Shown here: positions 9,581-22,632 of the stretch, one piece after another
Layout: each line of letters opens with the position of its first letter
Numbering within the stretch: position 1 is the stretch's first letter
From: Octopus sinensis
Lineage: Eukaryota
Assembly: GCF_006345805.1 (NCBI RefSeq)
Contig: NC_043015.1
Span: 48,360,001-48,424,000 of the forward strand
Length of the DNA: 64,000 nt
Direction: 5' to 3'
Program-made: the position numbers and the translations under genes
The notes under the pieces: generated by a model
Databases searched by the model: none
What the model was told of the DNA's origin: nothing
Seen by the model: the letters and a program-made list of their open reading frames with translations, nothing else

Positions 9581-10350
9581 GAGTATAATAATTCTTTGTT
9601 ATATAAGCACAAAGAATTATTTATACTCTGTTATATATTTTGCTTATATACCTTGTTATATAAGCACAAGGCTTGAAATTTGATGGGAAGGGACTAGTTG
9701 ATCACATCAGCCCCAGTGCTTGACTGGTACTTAATCTATCAACCTCGAGGCAGATGAAATACCACAAGAATGGTACAAGTAGAAATAACAAAACAGCAGA
9801 CTGTAGAAGATGAGACAGCAATATATTACTGTCTAAACTAGAAAATAATTTATTACACAAGTTCAAATACTACTGTAGGATGCCTCAGACCATTCTATAA
9901 CTGAGGTCAAGTAATTTGAAATTGTGGACCATGACTGAATATTTGACTTATGCCTAATTAAATCCACAACAATTTGGTCAGCTTTTTTTAGTTGCATATG
10001 ATGACTGGTATGTGTGGAATACAACGGTTCACAAATACAGGTTTTTAAGCGCCCTGGTTTCAGGTTAAATCCAACTGTGTGGCACCTTGGGCGTGTGCTT
10101 TGTGCCCTAGTCCTGGGACATCCAAAACTTGCGAGTGAATTTAAAAAGGGTTAAACTGGGTTTTTTTTAAAATCTTTCCCTGAGATGTTAATGCAAGATA
10201 ACCAAAAATTTTGCTAAAATATCCAAAGACTTTGTACCAAACTTATAATGGTGAAGGCTTGGCTGTGTGATAAGAAGCTTGTTTCCCAACCACATGGTTT
10301 CAGGTTCAGCCCCACTGCACAGTGCCTTACGTAAATGTCTTCATTGTGTA

Positions 10351-10760
10351 GGTGCAGGAGTGGCTGTGTGGTAAGTAGCTTGCTAACGAACCACATGGTT
10401 CCAGGTTCAGTCCCACTGAGTGGCACCTTGGGCAAGTGTCTTCTACTATAGCCTCGGGCCGACCAAAGCCTTGTGAGTGGATTTGGTAGACAGGAACTGA
10501 AGGAAGCCCATCGTATATATGTATACATATATATGTGTGTGATTGTGTGTCTGTGTTTGTCCTCCCAACATCGCTTGACAACCGATGCTGGGGTGTTTAC
10601 GTCTCCGTAACCTAGCGGTTAGGCAAAAAGAGACTGAGAGAATAAGTATCACAATCGAGAAAAAAAAAATACTAGGATTGATTCGTTTGACTAAACCCCT
10701 CAAGGTAGATCTTGAAGATGGCCACAGTCCAATAAATGAAACAAAAGATAAAAGATATAC
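10351..10760 (+). mobile_element. Family A SINE, near full length, preceded by degenerate heads at ~10010-10150 and 10255-10330
   Basis: Same head, core and microsatellite structure as 5153-5497. Confidence 0.85.
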
Positions 10761-11663
10761 CTTTATCCAAATACAGGATAATCATTACGATTATATGTCA
10801 ATCAGGCACATAATATCTCTAGACTGGATATAATGGTTTCTTTATTGAATATTCAAGATACAGCAATCTGACTGGACTTTAAAATAAACCGGAAGTTATG
10901 AAGCCAGGATGTCACAAGGGGCCATTTTAACAATCTTCTTTAAACAATGTCTTCCATCTAAATATTTAAACTGTGTGCTCAAGACCTCACTTAAAAATAT
11001 CACGCATATATGTATACACACATATTTATGCATGTGTGTATATATATATATATACACACACACACACGTATATGTGTTTGTGTGTGTACATACATACGCA
11101 AGATAAGTGAATTAACTGTATAAAATCATAATTGTGAGAAAGTACTTCATTTCTTTTCAAAGTTTTTCTTATTCTTTAACTAATTAGTAGCAGTGTTGCA
11201 TTAATGAATTTAGAAATTGTTTCATTCTAACTGAATTCTTCAAATCAAATCCTTTGAATAATCATCTCGAATGGCTTTTACATTCTATGCATCTGGAACT
11301 GGAAAATCAACTCTTATACAAAGTAAAAGAGTTAAAATGACCCCAGGTTATAAAAACAATCAAACAGTGATTTGATTTGGAAAATTATTGTTAAAGAAAA
11401 CCGAAAATCAATATATACAAAAAAAATCCAGTTATTCTGAAAATACAGAGAAATAGAAAACAGTGAAATAAAATCTATGTATGTATGTATACACACAGTA
11501 ACATTTGGTTGGCTAGTGTAGAGCGGTTTAGAGAGAAAAGTTGGCAGCAGGAAACTGAAGTTTAAAAATTCATTATAATAAAAGTCCTAAAAACCAATAT
11601 GTCTATCTTTAAATGTAAAATTCCCATTTACATGAAGCCCTATTTAGAAAGAAAATAGGGAGT

Positions 11664-11803
11664 GATGCTACTTTAACATGCGGTCTACCACAGTATCCTT
11701 TATTTATACTGTGAAAGTACCTGATCAGGGTTAGGGTGAAGGATCAGGTTGGGGTTGAGGTTAGAGTTAGGGTTTGGGTTAGACTGCATGCTAAACTGGC
11801 ACC
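11664..11803. mobile_element. Small foldback or MITE-like element with an internal degenerate (TTAGGG)-like tract
   Basis: Imperfect TIRs GATGCTACTTTAACATG and CATGCTAAACTGGCACC (13/17 match). Interior contains GGGTTAGGG...GGTTAGAGTTAGGGTTTGGGTTAG. Confidence 0.45.
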
Positions 11804-14683
11804 AAAAAATATATAAAAGTGATATTCCAAAAGGTTTTTGGTAAATTTATTCAGTATAGCTAGATAAAAGATTGATATGTTTAAAAGTAGTTAATAACTA
11901 AATTCAAGAGAATTTGTTCCCTTTTACAAGCAACTTAAATGTTTTTTGGTTATTTTAATTATTAATATCACAGCCAAAATTTTGTCGTTATTGTTAAATT
12001 TCTATAAAGCTAAAAGTTTGAAGAAGATATGAATCAAGTTAGGACAAACGGTTTCACAATGTTATGGACGGAAGGTGATGTTTACGGTATTTATTTTCAA
12101 AGAAACAAGCTTTATAGTGACTGACTAAATTCTTCACTAAAACAGGAAATCAAACTAATAAAAAAAAAACAAGTCTTAAATTCATTTTAGTGAAAAGTCA
12201 TTACCACTAAGTTGGAGAGACTGAAGTCTTCATTTGAAATGTTTTTACAACCACCTGCGGCCATCATACAAGATTAAAGCTACGAGATATTTCTTCTCTA
12301 TTTTGCTGTTGCTCTGACATAGCTAGAGAAATGTTCAAAAATCTATTTCAGTTTCAACCACTCTTTTTGTTTGGTTTTTTTTCTTTCCTTCTTTCCCAAT
12401 ACAAAATACAAAAGTTGTCAAACTTGGCTGTATGGAAATAAGAATGAACCGTTATAAGTGTTGCAAGTAAAAAGTAACAATACAAAATATGTCTAAGAAT
12501 TTAGAAACTTTGAGAACGTGAAATAATTTTAGGAATGGTGAATCTCAAAGTAAATAAAGCAATAAATATTGGGTCAAAAACGCTGTGGATAGAGAAATTT
12601 TGAAGGATTGCTTTGGTTCAATGCTAGAACATATGCCGTGTTTACAGAATATGCAGGTGCGTGTCCCATGACCAGCATTTTCGACTTACTGTCTGATTTT
12701 TAATCCAATGTTTACAGTTCATTTTTTTATAGCTTTATCTGCTTCAAGCTTCACTATTCTTTAAAAGAATTTTAAAATTGTCTGTTTTAAAAATTTTGAA
12801 AAATCCAATAAATACAGAAGTTGTTGAATCTAAGAATGAAAAATATAGATCAGGTTAAAATATTTAGGAAAGGTAATAATGTCGAAAATAATAAAGTTAA
12901 GTATTTTAAAAATTAAGGAATTTTTCAAGTTATATGAGAGACATTCACTAGTCATGTTGAGAATTTAGTTCTGTAATTATCAAAATTCATCAAATATTGG
13001 ACTATCAATTTCACAGCTGCCAACCTAAAATGTTTTGAATAACTGGAAAGAAACTGTTGTAGGGACTATAATAAAGAACATTAAATCTCATTATAAAACT
13101 TGACATGCCACAGTGAACGAAGAAGACATGTCATCAACAAGAAAAATAAAATTTTTTTAAAAAATGCACGCAATAAAAAAAAAATGGAATTGCAAGTGAA
13201 CTTGAGAAGAAATATAGCCACTTTTTATTGACTAGGTGACAATAGAGGATTCTGTACAGGTAGGAAACTAAAAAAAAAAAAAAATAATAAAAATATAAAA
13301 TAGAACAGATAAAACAGAATTAGAGAAGTTAAGAATGAAGTTTTCTAGCAAATAATATCCATGTATTTTGTTCAGTTAGAATTCACAATTTAATAAACAT
13401 ATGGCTGGACGTTGTTTTTTTTTTTGATAAAGCTTAAAAGGCCACAGAGTTGATAAGACATGGAAAACGTTAGCTTATAATTTTAGTTTGAAATCAATCA
13501 ATTAGTTCCATAACTAGTGGTAACCTACCTTGAAGGTAATGAAAATAATTTTTGTGGGATTTTGGTTTTTTTTTTTTTTAAAAAAAAAGAGGAGTTCTAT
13601 TCAACTCTAAAAGAAGGTGGCATGCAAGTTATTTCTTAAAACTAGCTGTATGTGTATGTGGATTTGTTTCAATAAAACAAAAACAATAATTTTAAGAAAC
13701 TATCAACATTAAAATACAGGCAAAGCGATAATAACTGCTATTTTCCAAACCTGCGCCCAGTGAGAAGTAATGCTGTGTATAAATAGATACAAAGGTAGGG
13801 CCGGCTAGTAATTAAGAAAAAAAAAAACAAAAAAAAAACTTACAGGTAAAACTCCATGTGCAACAAGTTTACCACTGTTATGAGGACAACCAAATAACCC
13901 AATGAATGGGTTAAACAGAAGCATTGTAATTTGTCCAATTAAACATTCTAAATGAACAAGTCCTTAGCAGTCATTCCACCAAAAGTGCTTTGAAAAGTTT
14001 GTTGCACAGAGGAAAACTTGTGGTAAGTTTGTGTACAAACGTTAGAAAAAAAAAAATTCTTTTTTTTTTTGAATTCCACATATACACATTCGTTACAGTT
14101 TTGTTATTTTCACAGTGTATTAGAAAATTACAATCATTATTGCAAAGCCTGTATAGCATGGACAGAAAAATCATATTGTTGGTAGAGTAAGTTACACTAG
14201 TAAATTTTAGCTTTCACCCAGCTCTTCGTTCAATATCACACAGTTGATAAGAGACACACTCACAAGAGTGGTATAGAGACCATAGCAGTCAGTCTTTTCA
14301 TTCAAGAATATCCTGAAATATTTCACAGCATTTCAATCAGTCAATGTTAAGAGAAATAGCACCTTCACACTTGATAAACACTCATTCACACATTCAGTCA
14401 TACAAATTTATAGTTTTTAAATTTACAATCACCACCTCCATTCTTCAGGTTCACATTTCAGAGAATATAGACACACATTCCCGAATTTCATTTTTTGACA
14501 TCTTTAAAGATTTATATTTCAAATCACCAATTTCTCAAACTTCCAAATCAGCCATTTTCTGAAAAGGATAAAGACAGAGTCAAGTTTGTTTTGTTTTTTA
14601 TTAAAATTATGGTATAAATTAGTTGGCCACAGTTTAAAGTTTGAAGCCAGAAATGCCTATTCTTTTCTAAATCAAACTGGGTT

Positions 14684-14717
<34 letters not shown>
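14684..14717. repeat. (AG)n microsatellite
   Basis: Direct reading. Confidence 0.95.
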
Positions 14718-16473
14718 TGACCAGTAAAATTAATAACTAATTAGCCAATTCACCGAAGAATTGCTAATGTAATCAAGTGGATCATATAGAGAAAGGAAGT
14801 CTAAACAGTCAGCTTGGTCGATACACAAGTAATGTGTCGTCGATAAACGGCCTTACTGGAGCATCATAACAACAAGATCAATAGTAGTCGTAAATACTTT
14901 GCTAGGTCAGAGACCTGCAAGGAAACCCATGCTACTACCATCAGGTGAGAAGTGAAAACATGATACCACTACCACTTAGTTTAACTTAGTTACTTTAGAA
15001 AGAAAGAACAGCTGGAATGTTTTTTATAAACTATATATATATAAAAGAGGAAGGTTTTTTAAAGTAATTTTCAAGAAGCCCTTACATCATTCAATTTTTA
15101 GCAACAATGCACCACCAGCACCAACATTCACAACTTAGTTCCAATACATTCTGCAGAGAAATCACAGCATCATAAAAATTTACTAGATGCATTTATAATA
15201 ATAATAATAATAATAATCATAGTAATAACAATAATAGTAATTATAATAAAGCTAACACATACACCAATATCAATGGTAACTAATAAATTCAGCGATAACT
15301 GGGGAAATGGTATTATGGCTATTTCCCCATAGTAAAGAATAATCCAACAGGAACCCCTATCTTTGTGTCCAACCAGTGCTGCAATGAGATAGCTACTGCA
15401 AAGCCCACTGATTAAAAATAGAAACTTTAGTCCTCACACTTGTTCCTCTACTCAACTTCATTAACAAAAGAAAACAATTCTTGGCTAATATTTTAATTCC
15501 TTTTAAAGTTTCTCTTTTGTCAAAGATATTGACATTTGCACAGTTTTCAATCAACAACAATAATAGTAATAAAAATATTCTTCTTCTTAGGTTTCAATGC
15601 AAATGAGGAAAATTAAAAGCAAAAAAAAAAAAAAAGAACCAAGAATAACCTATGGAAGACAGATGATCCGACTAAAATAATTACCTATTTCTAATTAAGA
15701 GAAAAATGATTCTGCCTTCCTATATATCATGTGTGTGCGTGTATATATATATATATATACATACATATACACACACAGACACTCACCATATATATGTATG
15801 CACACACACCATACACACACATATATATATACATACACGCACACAACATATATATTAAATTTTGCCATCTCTTGAAATAGATGTTCCAAGCAGCAAAGAA
15901 CTCTATTTCTAGGGAATAAAGAAAAGTCGAAGGAATAATAATAATGAAATGAAACCAAGTACCTTAAAAGAGTCAGAATTTTTTTTACATATTTAACGAC
16001 ATTTTTGAAACTTAGCAGAAGAATAAAAAACAATCGCAACCTAAGATTTAGCATAGTTCTCCTGTATTTTGATCAAAATTAATAAAATATTGAATTATGA
16101 TAATAAAAGAATCCTTTAATCTACTAAATAGTAGGATTATTGTTAAATGATAAACATGGATCTACAATCAGCAGGTATTTCTTTAAGAAGAAGTAGGGAA
16201 TAATCTGACAATAATAATAATAACAGCATTGGATACAATGCAATTTAAGCTGGAAGAGAAAAATACCAGCAACATACATCAAAAGAAAAGGAGAGAAAAA
16301 TAAAAGAAAACCAAACAGGGTTTGAATGCTAAACTGAAACATTTTTTTAAAAGGGTGAGCTAAGACACAAAAAAAAATATAAGTTTTTCCATTGCCTAAA
16401 TAGTATAAATTATTCACATATATATATATATACACACACACACAGAGGTGTATGTGTGTGTAGGTATGTGTAT

Positions 16474-16507
<34 letters not shown>

Positions 16508-16871
16508 CACACATACATATGTATATATATATATAAATATATAATAGATTGCTTCTTTGAAAACACTGTAATTAAAAATTTAGTTTGGCAGTAAAATACA
16601 GTCAAGAGCTAAAATAATAATAATAATGATAATAATAATAAAACAAACAAAAAATAAAATAAAACTGGGGACTAGAATTGTTGCTTGACAGTAGTATTAA
16701 GAGTTGAAGTTGACAGAATAAAGAAGTCTAGAAAACAGAAGAAGGGCAACAGAAGCCAAGCCAACAAAACTCATAATTTGCTGTAAAGTGTAGCTGTTGC
16801 TGCTGATGAGTGTATTCTTTGTTCTTTTTTTGTCTTTTTTTTCTTTTTAAACTGCAGTAAACGATGTAGAA

Positions 16872-16929
16872 AAGTAGTAGTAATAGTAGTAGAGTAGTTG
16901 TAGTTGTAGTAGTAGTAGTAGTAGTAGTA
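16872..16929. repeat. Imperfect (TAG)n microsatellite in the proximal KPNA 3' UTR
   Basis: Direct reading; about 100 nt downstream of the stop codon. Confidence 0.9.
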
Positions 16930-17026
16930 TGTTCATCCCCAAAACTGATTGCAGTAATCTTCAAGTTGCTTCTGCTTCCAACAGTGCGTAGATCAATGAA
17001 TGCACAGCAGACGATTTGTGGATTTT

Positions 17027-17122
17027 TCAAAACTTGAAACCTTCAGAGGGGATTTGAGCATTGGGATCAAATTGATAACTCTGTTCTGCAGCTTGAGGCA
17101 CCAACTGAGTATCTTCTTCAAT
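17027..17122 (-). CDS. KPNA3: Importin alpha-3/4 exon 14 (last): IEEDTQLVPQAAEQSYQFDPNAQIPSEGFKF*
   Basis: Acceptor TTTCACAG, phase 0, TGA at 17029-17027. Matches the recalled KPNA3/4 C-terminus (..YNFDP...F.F). Confidence 0.95.
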   Translation of the reverse strand: MEEDTQLVPQAAEQSYQFDPNAQIPSEGFKF

Positions 17123-17149
17123 CTGTGAAATAAAAGAAAGAGAAAAATG

Positions 17150-17180
<31 letters not shown>

Positions 17181-17184
17181 AAAA

Positions 17185-17355
17185 GGCACAGGAGTGGCTG
17201 TGTGGTAAGTAGCTTGCTAACCAACCACATGGTTCTGGGTTCAATCCCACTGCGTGGCATCTTGGGCAAGTGTCTTCTGCTATAGCCTTGGGCCGACCAA
17301 AGCCGTGTGAGTGGATTTGGTAGACGGAAACTGAAAGAAGCCTGTCGTATATATG

Positions 17356-17386
<31 letters not shown>

Positions 17387-17585
17387 TTGTCCCCCTAGCA
17401 TTGCTTGACAACCGATGCTGGTGTGTGTTTACGTCCCCGTCACTTAGCGGTTTAGCAAAAGAGACCGATAGAATAAGTACTGGGCTTACAAAGAATAAGT
17501 CCCGGGGTCGATTTGCTCGACTAAAGGCGGTGCTCCAGCATGGCCGCAGTCAAATGACTGAAACAAGTTAAAGAGTAAAAGAGTA
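17185..17585 (+). mobile_element. Family A SINE, full length, antisense in the last KPNA intron
   Basis: Complete head, core, (TA)n(TG)n and tail; starts about 60 bp from the exon 14 acceptor. Confidence 0.9.
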
Positions 17586-17588
17586 ACC

Positions 17589-17820
17589 CTTTAGTGTTTG
17601 CATTATTCTGCCAAAATTAATCCTTTTTCATCCACTTTGTTTTGAACTTAATCATGCATTATCTTGTAGCGATGAGATTTTGATGAGGTAATTCTTAATT
17701 TTTAAAACGATATTGTAGGGTTGGTGTGAGAGACCAGATCTGGCCAGTTTGCACATAAAACAGGCAGAATACTTTTGGCCGGATATGGCCGGTTTAAATG
17801 CTAAAGGGTTATTAGCCAGC
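17589..17820. mobile_element. piggyBac-like MITE (AACCCTTTAG family)
   Basis: Termini TAACCCTTTAGTG...ATGCTAAAGGGTTA. Confidence 0.65.
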
Positions 17821-18370
17821 ATGTTCAGAGGAGGGACTAAGTCGATTACATCAACCCCAAACCGCAACTGGTACTTATTTTATTGACCCCACCCCAAAGA
17901 TGAAAGGCCACTAAGCCTTTTTCCTGGCATGCTAAAGATTCTGTTATCTCGTTGTCTTATGATATAAGAATATTAGTTTTAATTTTTGGGGTGGATAAGT
18001 GGGTGGCGGTGATTACATCAACGACAATGCTCAACTGGTACTTATTTTATCGACCCCGAAAAGATGAAAGGCAATGCCAACCGTGGTGGAATTTAAAACC
18101 AGAATCTCAAAACAGACGAAATACCTATTTCTTTACTACCTGCGGAGAGGACAGACAAACGGATTAAGTCAATTATATCGACTCCAGTGTGTAACTGAAA
18201 GGATGAAAGGCGAACTCGACCGTGGCGGAATTTGAACTCAGAACGTAACGGCAGACGAAATACAGCTGTGCATTTCACCCGGCGTGCTAACGTTTCTGCC
18301 AGCTCACCGCCTTTTATATACCGCTAAGCATTTTGCTTGGTGTGCTAAAGCCACTATCAGCTCACCACCT
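17820..18370 (-). mobile_element. Stack of partial family B SINEs
   Basis: Repeated AAAGATGAAAGG, GGAATTTGAACTCAGAACGTAACGGCAGACGAAATA and CTGCCAGCTCACCGCC blocks. Confidence 0.75.
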
Positions 18371-18948
18371 TATGATAGGAATTCCAACCATGCTCCTTTA
18401 TAGGATCCAGTGGCTAAAGACATCAACAACCGACCAATGGAGGAGAAGGGCGCATAGTTTAGGGCCACACCCTCTCTAAACCTGCCTTCCAACAGTGTCC
18501 TGTTAGTTTCAGTTTCAGCAGCCAGAATCAACCCGTCGTTTGGTGGTACAAGCCTTCGAACAAGATCGCTACTTTGACCTGTCTGTCAATCAGCAATGTT
18601 GCTCGAGTGTCAGCCAGCGTCGCCTAGCCACGCTATTTCTGAGTCGGCATGTTACAGCTTTCAAGCCATTTTAGATCTTCTAGTTTCAGCCATATATAGA
18701 AGCTGGCTTTGTCAACTGCCTCCTGTATCCTCCTCATTACTTTTCTCAGCTAATGAGCTCGAAAATGCAAACCTACTTTTAAATTAACAACCAAATTCAA
18801 GAAATAATATTCAATTAAAATCCTCCTTCTCAACCAGCTTTTTTCAATGATAAACTTGTCGAGGTAGTCTTAACAACTCCTATTTCACAGGAGACTGATA
18901 TTTTGCTTATAAAGAACAAAAATACAAGCTCAAAAAGCTATTACTTAC

Positions 18949-19040
18949 TTCCCCAGAGAAATATTTATCAATGATGTCATAAGCTAATTTATATATATCT
19001 TCATTTTCATGGTTTTGGAGGTTTTCTATCTTATCCAAGC
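18949..19040 (-). CDS. KPNA3: Importin alpha-3/4 exon 13: (G)[30 protein letters not shown]
   Basis: TTTCAG acceptor, GTAAGT donor, 92 nt, phase 1 to 0. Conserved CAS-binding region [18 protein letters not shown]. Confidence 0.97.
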
Positions 19041-19594
19041 CTGAAATAAACAGAAAATAATGAAAGAAAAATTGCAAGCATTTCCAGACTTACAGAAATA
19101 TATTTTGAAAATTTAAAGGTTTCATTTATAGTAGTTCTATAAACATACAAATACATGTCTTTCGTTTTTTTTTGTTTTTTTTTAGCAATGGATCTGAAAG
19201 CACACTTAACACCATAAACAAACATGTAAATATTGAGTTGAAAGAAAAAGAAAAACTATTTTGGCTAGAAAGGTCGAAGGCTGCCTGTGGAATCCGAACC
19301 CACATCTTTTTTCTCTACAGTTGTAGATTTGACTGCTATGGACAGCTTTTGACCCACTTTATCCAAAAAAAGGTTCATCAACCAAATATTTACATATTAT
19401 TTATAGATTTCTGGTTTTATGTGTGTTCAGATATTCACTGTTAAAAAAAAAATCACATTCTTTTGAAAGTTAAATTCTTAGGAAGTCAACAATGTAGAAA
19501 TATATTTTACATCATAAATGATGTATAATTATATATTGGTATTTCGTTTTTGGATTTGGTTTGTAAGATTCTTTATATGAGTGTGTGTTGAAGC

Positions 19595-19845
19595 ATATTC
19601 TATTGTGTCTGGGGAGAGTCATTTTCTTTTTGTGCCTTATAATGTAACACACTCACCAATAAAATTTCCACATTTTTCTTATTTTTATTGTCCTAAAATT
19701 TTCGTTGCGTTTTGCAACCTTTTCAATAGTTTTTTAGAACAATAAAAATAAGAAAAACGTGGAAATTTTACCGGTGAGTAAAATATATATTATATTTACA
19801 TAAGACACAAAAAGAAAATGACTCTACCCAGACACAATAGTATAT
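19595..19845. repeat. ~250-bp foldback, probably a Penelope-like element end
   Basis: Arms 19595-19698 and 19732-19845 are highly similar reverse complements, separated by a 33-bp spacer containing a GTTGC/GCAAC mini-hairpin. Confidence 0.9.
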
Positions 19846-20925
19846 ACTGGTAAAATTAGAGCTAACATATTTAATGCAGAGAACATTTAAAAGTTAAAGA
19901 TTATTTCTTATTTCCTTATCAGGCTTTTCTGTTTAGTTTAGAACAAAAGTATTAAGTTCATTAATGTTTCAAGACTTTGCTGCATCATCTGAATATATTT
20001 TTAATGAAAAATACAGAGCAAGTCACAGAAATGCTTTGTTTTCACTACCAAAAAATGGTATGGGTAATGCATTAAAAGATGCCAGTCCACCTAGTGGGTT
20101 CCATTCCAAGGAATAGCCATCTCAATCCTGATCAAATTGAATAGGGAGGTGGTTCAGGGGGCCCATGACACTGGAATATATCTACTGCAACAGCTCTGAA
20201 AAGAAAGCCACCAAAGTTCAACAGTCGGTATTTTGCCAGCTTCTGAGCTACAAATTTTGAACAGTTGGACCCACTTTCTGTCACCAAACCCCACCCATTT
20301 CCAAGCTGGACACTTTTTCCAGCTTCCAAATATCTTCCCTTACACGTTCACACTCTTCATAGACAATTATACACAAACACATACTCTTCACACTCACTTA
20401 TAAATGCATACCCCCCCCTCTATTCATCCACCAGCGTACAGGTACATCTATCCACACATACACAATTTTTTTTTGACATTCCTTGTTTCAATCAGCAACT
20501 GGAACTCTTTCGCATTCAAATTACTGTCAAACGTAAAGCTTATTTATTTATACTCTTTTGAATCAGTCACGTATTGCCTCATAAGCTTTGAGATTTTCAT
20601 GATCTTATTGTCTATTTTTAGAATGCATTGCAGGGTAGGTGTGAGAGGTTAGATCAGACCAGTTTGATCATAAAACAGGAGGCATATTTTGGCTGAATAT
20701 GGCCACTTTAAATTACCAGTCTGCCCTCCCACCAACTGCACAAATGCGCCGATGCTAACATTCTTCAACCGCTTCTCTCCCTTTCTGCCAATCACTCCTC
20801 TCCCTCTCGAAAAAAAAGACCACATCTGTTCTTTACTTCGTCACTTCCATCAATCTTTATGTTTACATGAAAAATAATCAAAGATAAATTATCAACAGTT
20901 GACTAAGTAGAGCAAATATACGAAC

Positions 20926-21088
20926 CACCACATTCTTCTATTTGCTGGCATAAAGATTCAACATCATCACCAGCCATCTTCAATATGTTGTTAATGCCAT
21001 CTAAAACAACATTAACAACTTGTGGATCTTTAACTCCCAGTAAATTACAGAAGGGGCCAATCACTCCTTCATGAACAACATAGCCAAC
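20926..21088 (-). CDS. KPNA3: Importin alpha-3/4 exon 12: [54 protein letters not shown]
   Basis: TTTTTGTAG acceptor, GTTCGT donor, 163 nt, phase 0 to 1. ARM repeat region. Confidence 0.95.
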
Positions 21089-21289
21089 CTACAAAAAGAA
21101 AGAAATTAAGTTGTCAAAAAATAAAAGGAAGAATAATTTAATTTACTGCTTATACATTTGAAATGTGGTTATACAAAGATGAAAGCCTTGCTGCAAATGT
21201 CAGCTGACCCCTCCATACTAATATCATTCCTTGGTTTTGCAATGGCTTATATGGGGGGGTTTCTTTTTTTTCTGTTTTGTTCATCCTTT

Positions 21290-22180
21290 ATTTGCTAGAC
21301 TGGGAAAAAGGAGCAGGCCTCATGACCTCCACAACCCCTTGGAGATCAGTGGAGGACTTGACATTCGACATAAATTGCTGCAATCTGATGACTGCAATAA
21401 AAAAGGCATGTGCAGAGAGCAAATTCCAGAAGGCCACTGTATGGGGGGAAAAACGGGCTGGACCTACTTTGTTAGTGGAGAAGTTGAACACAAAGGTAAC
21501 AAGAGAGGCAGTATTCACTGTAGCTGTAGTAAAAAATGCATTGAGAGGAGACAGCAATTCTGCAGTGCTGAGGCTGTACTAATATGTTGAGCTTTCTCTG
21601 AATGTGGTGTAGAATGTGTGCGCACATGTATGTGTAACACCTGCAGCTCCATCATAGACATAGGAGCAGTTTTACAATGTAGGTCTCACCTGAATTTTGT
21701 AGAGGGTCAGAAAATGTGGGAAGCTGAACTGTTTTCTGACAAGGACCAATATTAATGGGGATGCAGTCGTAGCTATGTTAAGGATGTGTGCTCACCATTT
21801 GAGATCTTCAATGAAAACATTTGGAATGACCACAAGAGCCCTAGCTGCATGCAGCTCGTATTGATGTGGGATGATGTTTTTGGAATATGAGCAATGTGTG
21901 GTTTTTTGGTGTTGAAAGAGACAAACTTTGCACAACCCAGTTGGAGGATGCTTTCGGAGCATCTGTTCATGGAGTTAGTGCAGCTTTGCCTTGAAGTACC
22001 TCAGATGCATCAAGATAACACGAATGGAAATGGTTAGGGAAGAATGAAGAATGGTATGGACTATTTAGAGATGGTGCCACTGGATGTGAGAGCAAATAAG
22101 TTATTGATTTACAGAAAGAAACGTTGAGGACATTTATAAACTCTTGGGCACACACGATTTGAAAGTATGAAGAATGTGTC
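21290..22180 (-). mobile_element. Degenerate CR1/L2-group LINE, RT core to C-terminus
   Basis: Translation across frameshifts: GVPKS..INNL..NRCSESILQLGCAKFVSFNTKK..LKW*AHILNIA..LTLYKIQVRPTL*NCSYV..FSPHTVAFWNLL..LQQFMSNV. Confidence 0.85.
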
Positions 22181-22209
22181 TTCAGTAGCCATTCTTAGGT
22201 ATGATATTC

Positions 22210-22350
22210 TTTATTCTTTTTATTTGTTTCAGTCATTTGACTCTGGCCATACTGGAGCAGTGCCATAAAGGGTTTTTTTAATCGAAGAAATTGACACCAG
22301 GACTTATTCTTTGTAAGCCTAGTACTTATTCTATTGGTCTCTTTTGCCAA
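22210..22350 (-). mobile_element. Family A SINE 3' part
   Basis: TTTCAGTCATTTGACTCTGGCCATACTGGAGCA...CCAGGACTTATTCTTTGTAAGCCTAGTACTTATTCTATTGGTCTC. Confidence 0.8.
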
Positions 22351-22598
22351 GCTGCTGTATTAGCCAGTGTTTTCAAAGCGATGAATAGCTTTTTGTGGAA
22401 ACCATGGTTCGTTTTGTTTTCCAACTTCATCTTATAATCATGACTTTTATTACTACCTCAATCCATCTAAATGTATATATTTGTTGTTACCTGTCATAAA
22501 AAGCCCTTTTTATTTACAATGCGCATTTTCGTTGATTTTTCATATTTTACCCTTACATTTCCACGTGTATTTTATATTTTCTTTTTGTAACATATTTC

Positions 22599-22632
<34 letters not shown>

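Noticed and set aside
15695-16605. Hydrophobic YIYI/VCVC ORFs, also at 10909, 55727 and 61469
   Set aside because: They are translations of (TA)n and (CA)n microsatellites.
16728-17030. 100-aa minus ORF starting at the KPNA3 stop, with poly-Thr and poly-Leu runs
   Set aside because: It is generated by the (TAG)n microsatellite and A/T runs in the 3' UTR.
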